Shown in pieces: positions 53,987-64,000 of a stretch of 64,000 nucleotides of DNA (position 1 is its first letter; each line of letters starts with the position of its first letter). The notes beneath the pieces were generated by a model. That model did no database searches and was not told the DNA's origin. It saw only the letters and a program-made list of their open reading frames with translations. Made by a program: the position numbers and the translations under genes. This stretch comes from Vicugna vicugna. Taxonomy: Eukaryota. The stretch is from contig MU063898.1 in assembly GCA_013265495.1 (NCBI GenBank), positions 3,485,365 to 3,549,364 on the forward strand, read 5' to 3'.

Positions 53987-54309
53987 GTGAGTTTCTTTGT
54001 TAGTTTTCTTCTTAAGCTTCCAATCTACAGAATTAGAGCATCCTCACTGAATCTTAGCCCCTTGGGCTGGGGCCCTGAATGCTACTCACTTAATTTTGGC
54101 TCTGAATACAAATCTCTTTGTTACAATCCTGAAACAATCAATCGGAGATCTAAACTCCATTCTTAGGTTCTCGCCAGCCTCATCTCCTGAGTATCATCAC
54201 ATACATGGTATCTTTACTTGTCATTGGGCTTCAAATTGCTCTATCCCTTCTGCATGTGAACGCTAGCCTGGAATGTACTTAAGTTTACCATACCCCAGAT
54301 TTGGCATCT

Positions 54310-54495
54310 AGAGCTGGGCCTGGCAAACTAAGGCACTTGGGCCAAATCTGGCCCAACTTGTTTACTCATATTGTCTATGGCTTGCACTACAATGGCAGAG
54401 TTGAGTAGTTGCAACAGAAATCATATGGCCTCTGCACAACTTTATATATTTATTATTTGATCCTTTACAGAAGACTTTTGCTGACCCCTGATCTA
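54310..54495. mobile_element. MER58A-type hAT MITE
   Basis: GGCAAACT..GGGCCAAATCTGGCCC..CTACAATGGCAGAGTTGAGTAGTTGCAACAGA..CCTTTACAGAA..TTTGCTGACCCCTGATCTA. Confidence 0.85.
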
Positions 54496-55952
54496 AAGCC
54501 AAGTAGTTCCCCTGGCCTTTATATTGCTTAATCTTTGATAATTTCTCATTCCCATGCTGTCAGTCAATACATACCCAGAAGCCCTGTTCATTGAGACTCT
54601 GAAGTAGATTCTAACCCACTGAAACTACTTTTAATTGAATTTCCCCACTTCTTCTGTGTCATCTTAAAAAGTCCTTTCTCTGTGTTTTACTGTTTAGTGA
54701 AAGAGATGCCATAATCATAAAGACTGTTAGAGTAGCCTTATGACCTTTACTGTAACATCAGGTCCTAATAGTAAAGTCTTTCAATATTGCCAATATTTTT
54801 CAACATGGCCTTCCAACAGCTCTAAGACTAGGTCTTTCAATTCTTCAGTGTCACTAGCATCAGGTCTTCTGGGATCCATAGCTTCTAACATCTCCAATTG
54901 CCAGATCTTCTAAATTTTGCAATATCTGTGTCTTCTACTCTCTGGCCTGCAGCATCTCCAAGGCCAGTGTTTTCTAATCTCCTCACTATTGGGGACATTA
55001 AAAGTCTAGGTCTGCTAATATCTCCAAAAATCAGTCTTCAAGTTCCAGGTCTTGTCTTTCAGAGTCTAGAGTTCTAACTTCCAGTGTTTCTATGTTCCCA
55101 ATCCTCCAATGTGTCCTAGATACAGGTCTTCTAGAGTCCACGTATTTTATTGTGTCCAAGTCTAGCTCTTCCCATGTCTTCCAGCACATAGATCATTCAG
55201 TTCCTATAACTTTTAGTGTCTCCTGGAGCCTGATTTTATAATGTCTTGTCATCACAAGTTCCTCCAATGTCCAAGTCTTTCAATATCTCTAAGGACCTGA
55301 TCTTCTAACATTCAGATATTTCAACAACCCCAATGTCTGAATGGGTGGGTCTCTTTATGTCCTTATCTCTTCGGATGTCCTAAGGTTCAGGGCTGCCAAC
55401 ATTCTTGACTTCCAGCATCATGAAAATTATATCTTCCAAATTCTATGTCTTTTAGCATGAATGTATCAATATACAGGTTTTCCAGTGTCTCCCAATATCC
55501 AAGGCTTATGATTTTGAAATTTCTAAATGTCTAGATCTTCTATTGTTCATATCTTCCAATGTTTAGGGCTTTCAAGGTACAGGATTTGCAATGTCTCTAG
55601 TGTTTCGGGCTTCTAGTATTCGCGGCTTCCAATATCCACTAATTCCAACACTCAGGGTCTCCAAAGTCTCCAATGTTCAGAATAACGAATGTCCTCAAAA
55701 TCTAAGGCTTCCAATGTCTCCAACATCCTGTGCAATGTCTCCAATGTCCAGGGTTTCCAATGGCGCCAATGTCTTCCAACGACTCCAGGTCTTCCAGCAA
55801 CTCCAAGTCTTCCAACTAATTCCAAGTCTTCCAACAACATCAAGGTCTTCCAGAAAATCCACGTCTTCCAGACAATCCATGTCTTCCAGCAATTATAAGT
55901 CTTCCACAAAATCCATATCTTCCAGGAAAATCCATGTCTTCCAACAATTTCA

Positions 55953-56099
<147 letters not shown>

Positions 56100-56301
56100 T
56101 CACGTCTTCCAGAAAAATCTACGTCTTCCATCAAATACAGATCTTCCAGAAAAATCCAATTCTTCCAACTAGTCCATGTCTTCCACCAAATCCAGTCTTC
56201 CGGTCAACCCATGTCTTCCAGACAAAAATCTATGTCTTCCACTAAATCCAGGTCTTCCAATAAAGTGACATCTTCCACTAAAGTCAAGTCTTCCAGCAAA
56301 T

Positions 56302-56871
<570 letters not shown>

Positions 56872-56886
56872 CTACACCTCCAAGTC

Positions 56887-56909
56887 TTCCAGCATCTCCA
56901 GGGCTTCCA
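56887..56909 (+). promoter_or_regulatory. miR-671-5p near-perfect (AGO2 slicing-type) target site
   Basis: TTCCAGCATCTCCAGGGCTTCCA versus the reverse complement of miR-671-5p, CTCCAGCCCCTCCAGGGCTTCCT. There are 13 contiguous matches through the seed and centre plus 3' pairing, at the same relative position as in human CDR1as. Confidence 0.9.
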
Positions 56910-57601
56910 GCGTCTTCTTGTCTTCCAGCATTTCCATGTCTTCCAGCATCTCCACGTCTTCCAGCACCTCCATGTCTTCCGACAAATACTCAGTCTTCCA
57001 ACAGCAGGCTCAATATCCACGTCTTCCAACGTCTCCAGTGTACCGGCCTTCTAACATTCAGGTCTTCCAGTGTCTACGATATCCAGGTATTTTTAACATG
57101 TTCCATAGTCCAGGTCTTCTGCCCTTTCCCCAGGTCCAGACTTTTTCAAGATTAGTCTTCCCAAGTCTGAGCATTTCCATGTTCAGATTTCTCCACAGAC
57201 AAGTCTTCCAACTCAAAAATTCCTGCTTCTGGTAGAATTAGCTTCAAAAAATTGAATAGGGCATTCCTTCTTATAGACTAGATCTTATGGATCAACTGTA
57301 CTGCAGCTTAATAGTGTTTTTTTGCTACTAGGAAATGTATATTTATTCTTTACAACTTTTAAAGATAGTGTTCATAAAACAGCTTCTATAAACACACAGA
57401 TGGGATTGCTGTGATAAATTTTGCTAATTTGCTAATGCTTATATTTTTTATACAGTCAACTCTGTTTAGTTACAAGTGAAATTCTTATTTTAATGAGAAA
57501 AATATTTGTTTAGAGACTGTATTATTTTAGATAAAATTAACATACAGTGTATTTATTTTTTGTAACATCAATTTTTGTTGTTTGGTCTTATGTGACGTAA
57601 G

Positions 57602-57658
57602 TAATAATGATGATGATGATGATGATGATGATAATAATAATAATAATAATAATAATAA
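57602..57658. repeat. Compound (ATG)n(ATA)n microsatellite at the MIR tail
   Basis: TAATAATGATGATG...ATAATAATAAC directly visible. Confidence 0.95.
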
Positions 57659-57900
57659 CATTAACATAGCATTTGCTACGTCCAGGCACTGTTCTAAGGT
57701 CCTTACATGCATCAGCTCATTTAATCTTCACAAGAACCCATTAAGGTAGGTACTATCATCCCTGTTTTACAGATGAGGAAACTGGCACACAGAGGTGAAG
57801 TAACTTGTCCAAAGGACACAAGCACTAAAGTACAGTGCTAGGATTTGAACCCAGCTAGCCTGTCTCCAGAGTCCATGACGCTATCCATTATGCCATAATA
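57655..57900 (-). mobile_element. MIR SINE (antisense), downstream arm of the inverted pair
   Basis: CCAGGCACTGTTCTAAG ... CCCTGTTTTACAGATGAGGAAACT ... GGATTTGAACCCAG is the reverse complement of the MIR consensus. Confidence 0.9.
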
Positions 57901-58649
57901 TGTGCTGTTAAAAATCAAGATGGGAATTACAGGATCTGAAGCTTGATTGCTCCCATTTTATGTGTAAAGTATTTTAAGATCATATATATCAATGGTCTCA
58001 CTTTATCCTGTCATTTATCAGAACTTATTTGTGTTCACAGATCTCATTCCTCAACTAGCTACTACCATTTCCTTGCTCATATCTATGGAACTAGGCACAG
58101 ACACTTCCTGATATCATTTTCAGTTTGGATAGAAATAATATAAGGGAGCACTGAATTCAAGTACCCTTTGCTTTAGAGTCATATTCATAGCTCTATGCTT
58201 TGAGTACTGATGCCTGGAATTTAACTCTCCCATCTGCTTTAATCCCTGATCACTGACCATCCTCCAGCTTGTACCTTACTATCTAGACCATTTACCATTA
58301 GTTTGTTTCTGACCTCCAGGATCCACCTGCTTCTTCAAATATCACTGACCTCCTGGATTCCTGACCACTGCCTTGTGTCCGACCACTGGTAACTATAACT
58401 GTTTAACTCACAGCATGCTAACCTAGAGAACTAACTACTTGGTTCTCCAAGTCTCAGCTCCTACCAGGTGCTTCCAGGATTGTTTCTACCTGTGCCTCTG
58501 GTTAGCATGACAAGCATTAAGTTTACTAGTGATTAGGGAAAAATAACTTAAAGACCTAGAATCATCTATATTATAATACAAATTATGAATAATAATAATA
58601 ATTGAAATATCTTCCAAATGTCTAATGATTTAGTTTACAAAGTTCTGTC

Positions 58650-58890
58650 ACTTCATTCATTCATTCATTCATTCTTTTCATTCAACAAATATTTATTGAG
58701 TGTCAGCTGTGTGCCAGGTATATTTTAATGGAGCTTAAAATCATTTGAGGGAAACAGACAATGTACAAATAATTGAATCATTATTTATTAGTTGTTGTAA
58801 GGCCATGAAGGAAAAGTAAGTATAGGATGCTGTAAGAGTCTGGAAAGTCAAGGCAAGCATTTCTGAGGAAGTAATATTTATGGTGACCTA
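58650..58890 (-). mobile_element. L2 3' end
   Basis: CATTCATTCATTC..CAACAAATATTTATTGAG..GTGCCAGG. Confidence 0.75.
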
Positions 58891-58999
58891 AGGAGCTATT
58901 TTCTCATTTGATTATCAAAATAACCTTGTGACTAACACAGGATAGATGTTTTTTATATGAGTTTTACCTAATTAGAGGTTAAACAGCAAGTACTACAGA

Positions 59000-61000
59000 T
59001 GGGCATGGGATTAACATATTCTGATTTTTTTTCCTACTACTCCGTGACACCTTAAAATGTATAGTAAGTATAGTTTTGGCAATATATATCAAGGGATATG
59101 AAAATGTTGGTACTCTTTGATTTAGTATTTTCAGTTCAATGAATTGACTCAAGGAAATTATCTAAAATGTGGGTAATTCATGCACAAAGATATTCCTCAC
59201 ATAGTTATTTGGTATAGTGAAAAACAGAAAAACCTAAAGGTCTGATTTTAAGGGCATGACTAAATCAACATGCTATTTCCATGTGATAGAATATTCTTCC
59301 ATTAAATTATTTATGATATGGTCATATTATACAATGTTAAATGAGAAATCAGCATATAAGATTATATAAAGTATGACTGCAATTGTTTTAAGTATATATA
59401 ATCAGAGATAAATGACTACAAATAAATACATTGGAGATTGTGAATTAATTGGTAGGATTATGTGTGGTTTTTGTTTACTTCTTTATGTTCTTATTTTCTT
59501 CCAAAGTTCTTACGGTGTGAAAGTATTTTACATTCAGGAAAAATATTTAAAAGATTGCTCATAAACATTCATTGTTTATTCATCTTTTTATTATACATGT
59601 AATCAAGTTTTACTGTTGAAAACACTTCAAAATCTAAGAAAGCAAAGTTAAAAAATTAAAATCTCAAACTCAGTACTCAAATAATTGCTGTAGGGTTTTT
59701 GGTGTATGCTCTTCCATACTGTTTCAGAAGTGTGTTTATTTTCTTTTACAAAATGGAATTATACTGCCTTTTAACCTATTTTTTCACTTAACAATAAACT
59801 GTAGACATCTCTTTCTGTCAGTAAGAGTGCATCTATATTATACCTTAATTTTTTTTAAAAAAATATATTTTTAAAATTTTTTTCTTTTTTTTTATGAAGG
59901 GGAGGTAATTGGGTTTATTTATTTATATTTGGAGGAGGTACTGAGGATTGAACCCCAGACCTTGTGCATGCTAAGCATGCGCTCTACCGCTTGAGCTATA
60001 CCCTCCCCCTTATATTATAACTTTAATACATAAATTATTCACTTTGTCTTATTGGTGGGCATTAAATTATTTCCAGTTTTTCTTGTATTATAAAAACTGC
60101 TGTGATGAGCACGTACACTGTTGTGCAGAACAAAAACTTTGTCATCCCTCATGGTGGCCCTGTATGTGATTATATGCAAATATATTCAGATATTACTTAG
60201 GATAAATTATTAAAAGGAGAGTTTATGAGCCAAAGAATATGTGCATCTATAATGCTTATCACAGCAAAAAAAATTATAAGCAATCAGATGTCTAACAATT
60301 GTGGATTGTTAAATAGACTTGTATTGCAATGATATGATGAGATATTATGCAGTCTTTTAAATTTATACCACAGAGGAATATTTACCGAAATGGGAATATG
60401 TTCACAAGGTCTCAGTAGTGAGAGAAACAGCTCACATGAAAATATAATATTCAAATTTTGTAGAAAGAAAACTATATTAATGTCTTCAAAAAAATGACCA
60501 ATAGAATATATACTAAAATATTGGTAGCAGAAGTCCCAAAAGGAAAATGAATCGATTGTGATATGTTTACAGAATGGGATATTATACAGCAGTGAAATGA
60601 ATGCTCTGCAGCTACACATAATAATAATATGGGTAAATTTTACTTCTATCATGTTAAATTAAGATACCAAGTCCCGGAAGACTACATGTAAGAGACTATT
60701 CTTTGTATGTTATTCAAAAACAAGTAAAACTAAAAGCTGTATTATTTAAATGTACATATATATTTGGGATTAAAAATATTTTATTAAGAAGCAAAGGAAC
60801 AGCAATCAAAAATTCAGGATAATGCTCACTGGGGCTGAGGAAAAGGGGTAGGAGAAGACCACAGCAGTGGATGGAAGTTATTGGCAGTATACTAGTGTTC
60901 AGGTTGGATGGGTGGGTGGGTATTCATTACATAATTAAAAACATTGACTATTTAATGCTTGTATGATTATTATGAAAATTAAATAAAGGAACAAGTTTGT
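59000..61000. mobile_element. Degenerate L1ME-type fragments (both orientations) surrounding a Vic-1 SINE
   Basis: AT-rich with L1ME 3' motifs (ATTATACAGCAGTGAAATGAATG; CAAAGATATTC...ATAGTGAAAAAC). Boundaries are approximate. Confidence 0.5.
59888..60009 (-). mobile_element. Vic-1-type camelid tRNA-derived SINE
   Basis: Reverse complement GGGGAGGGTATAGCTCAAGCGGTAGAGCGCATGCTTAGCATGCACAAGGTCTGGGGTTCAATCCTCAGTACCTCC...AAAA, with Pol III A and B boxes. Confidence 0.9.
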
Positions 61001-62299
61001 GGGCAACACTATCAGTTGTTCAGTGAGAGAGTGTGCATGTTCCGTGACAGTGTGTTGGATTACTCATAATCCAATTCTGTGCACTTGAATTTCATGAGAT
61101 CTTAAGCAATTATCTCCAGGTGATGGGAATACATGTGCTTTTTATTCTCTTGTCTCTCTTTATTCTCTGAGATTTCTATAGGGAAAATACAGTATTATCT
61201 TAATTGAAAGATAATCCCCAAATTATGTTAAATAAGATCGCAGATGTGTTAAAAATGCATTAACAGGACTGATAAGAAAAGTGTTGACACTTTAATGCCT
61301 CTGTGTGATAAGGAATTCATTTCTCTTTTTTTCTGTTTCTTATAATTTTTTAAAAATCCAAATGTTATAGAATGAGTTTATTTTTTTCTGTTACAAAAAT
61401 AATACATACTTATTATAAAAGTAAAAAGTACAGTGGTATATAAAGTAACAAGTGAAAATAGCCCTCTCCTAGTTCCACAGCCCAGAGACAGCCATGATTA
61501 TTTGTTTGCTTTGTATCTTCCAAACACCTTTTCTGTCTATGTGCCTGTGTACTTGTGTGTTTTATAAAGCGAAATTATCCCATACATGTTATTCTACGAC
61601 TTGCTCGACCCGCACCCCCCACCTCTGGGCTCAATAGAAAGTCGTTGTAACAGCTAGTAGAATTCCATCGCAGGGTATACTATATAATTTATCCAACTCT
61701 TTCCACATGATAGATCTTTACGTTGCTAACAGTTTGTTTTTTTTACTATTACAGATAATGCTATAAAAAAAATCCTTTTTAATCTATCTTTTGCACATTA
61801 AGAAGTATTTTCATAGGCTAGTGCCTTAGAAGTAGAGCTGCTACGTCAAAGGGTTTGAGATAGCTTGTCCTCCTGGCATGCTGGACATCTTTTTAATTTT
61901 TGTCATCAGTTTGGATGAAAAATTGAATTTCATTGTTTTAAGTTATTTTTCCCTAATCACTAGTAAACTTAAGCACCTTTAATATCTTTATTAGCTATTT
62001 GTATTTCTTCTGTTGGAGACTGCTCGTTCATATCCTTTGCCTCGTTTTCTGTTGAGTCATTTGTTTGTTTCCCTTCTTGATTTCTAGGCTGTCTCTGGAT
62101 ATTAGAGCTGGTATCCTTTTGTCTGCTATAGATTGCAAATGTCTGTTATTTATCTTTTAAAAATTTTATTTATGCCGGTATTTGCCATAAAATTTTATTA
62201 TGGAAAAAGGCAAACATTTTCGTCTTTCTTTTATAGTTTCTTGTTTTTATCTTATACTTAGGTAGGCTTCTATATCCCAAGATTATTAAAATACTTTAT

Positions 62300-64000
62300 A
62301 TTTTCTTCTAGTAGTTTATGTATTTTTTATTATTTAGTGGTCTACTCTATATGGAATTAGTTTTTTGTAGCATGTATGGTGGAAAGTAGGGACCTATGTT
62401 AATTTTTCACAACAGATAGCTAGTTTTCCGAATTTATTTTTTGTATTGAATTATATCTGCCCTGATTTGGAATTCTCTCAATGGGTATGCTGCTTATGTT
62501 TCTTTTCTGCTCAGTTTTTGCCTATTACCGAGCTAGTACCTCACTGCTTTAATTACTGTAGCATCACAATTCGTTTTGAAATCTGAGGGGCCCGCTCCCC
62601 CTTCATTCTTCTTTTTTTTTTCAGAGTTTACTTGGTTATTTTTGTACATTCTCTTTTTCCAGATGAATTTTAGAATCAACTCATCAACTTCCATAAAACA
62701 AGCAAAAAAAATCCCTCGAAGTGCCTCGGACCTTTTGAGTAATGTTTCAAGAATTGACATCTTTACGATACACGAGTTTTGCATTTATCGTGCATCTCTT
62801 AGTTCTGTAGGGGTTTTTTCCCCCAGTTAATTAGCTTGAATTCCTAGGTACACAATCACATCAGTTGTAAATAATGAAATGTTTGTCTTTTCCTTGGTAA
62901 TGTTTATATCTAATTTTTTCCTTTTTAGCACTTTGTTAAAGATCTTATGATTTTCAGGACAATGCAGATTTATATGGATTAATAAACAGCACGCATCCTT
63001 CTCTTGTTTTTGACCTTAATAGGAATAACTCATTGCTTCATTCTAAAATATGACGATTGACATTGTTTCTGATAGATACCCTTTTTCAAGTTATGGAAAT
63101 GCCCTTCTGTTTAGGAAATGTTGCTGATTCCTGACTGACTTACAGTTTTGTCAGGAACAGGTATAGAATGTTATCAAAGGCCTTTTCTGGCATCTGCCAA
63201 GGTGATAATGCAATCATTCTCTTTAATCCATTAATGTATTAATTGTGCTAATAGATTTCCTAATATTGATCTATTCTTGCATTTTTGGGATAAAACTGAT
63301 TTGGTAGTGGTGTTTTGACTAAGTTGATATTTCATTTAGAATACAAATCTCTATGTTAACAAGCCCCTAAAGCAGTGCCCCCTTACCCTTTTCAAATCAT
63401 GGCACATTGTGCTAAATGAACAACATTGCTCAAGGCAGAGGCAGCTGGCTTCCTGGGCTCTGCTTGGCTGCACCCCGTGCCCCAAAGCGTTAGGAGATAA
63501 ATATCACATTGCCCGTGCGACCCAGCCACAGGACGCCAACGTGCTAAAGCGCACTTGGGAAGCTCTCGTTTACTGTTTTCCTTTGTGTGGTACTGTTTTC
63601 CTGATTTAATACCACAATTGTGTTACCTTTGTGAATGAACTGGATTTTTTTTTCTTATTTTAAAATGTATGTGCACTTGGACACAAACTGTTTCCTTGAA
63701 CAGTTGGTAACAGTCTCCCATAAAATCATTTTGTCCTGGTGCTTATTTGGGGAGGGGGTGGGTAGAAATGTAAATCTTCCAATTTCTTTGATGATTGCTC
63801 TATCCAAGTTTTCCTCCTCTCCTCGGGTAAGTTTTGTCAATCTGTCTGTAAAACTCTCCCATTTCATCTGGAGTTTCAAATGTATTGATTGGAAGTTGTA
63901 TATAATATTTTCTACTGTGTATTAATTTGCATGTATGTGGCTGTATCCCTTTTCTGTTCTTTTTCTTAATAGGATTGTCCATAGGTTTGTGTATTTTATT
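62300..64000 (-). mobile_element. Old L1 (L1M-type) ORF2 remnants
   Basis: Minus-strand IVKMSIL...ELILKFIWK...DFKT...TVIKAVRY resembles the degenerate L1 ORF2 C-terminal region. Confidence 0.75.

Overview
Mammalian genomic DNA, most likely a camelid X chromosome (two Vic-1-type tRNA-derived SINEs plus camelid-style L1 3' ends). It is syntenic with the human Xq27.1 LINC00632 / CDR1as (ciRS-7) locus. The central feature is a 1,335-nt + strand exon (55752-57086) made of an 18-nt tandem repeat. By manual count it carries about 58 GTCTTCC miR-7 seed matches, about 9 further TCTTCCA matches, and one near-fully complementary miR-671 site. Its AG/GT boundaries match the human ciRS-7 back-splice junction as I recall it, and it is flanked by inverted MIR elements. 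The antisense CDR1-like ORF is present but truncated. Upstream lie a CpG-island promoter with a strong 5' splice site (about 41 kb), a duplicated 175-bp segment containing a candidate cassette exon, and many old TEs (MIR, L2, L1, MER, Tigger). There is also an unusual ~12-kb C/A-skewed domain (3-15 kb). It holds a cryptic ~20-nt repeat whose minus strand reads as an array of 5'-splice-site/U1-like motifs, and it surrounds a second CpG island. The miR-7/miR-671 circRNA system is already described in human and mouse. The less-described candidates are the CA-domain motif array, the duplicated exon inside the MIR loop, and the repeat-evolution gradient around the circle. No conventional protein-coding gene is supported. 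Family calls come from recalled consensus sequences, not from database searches.
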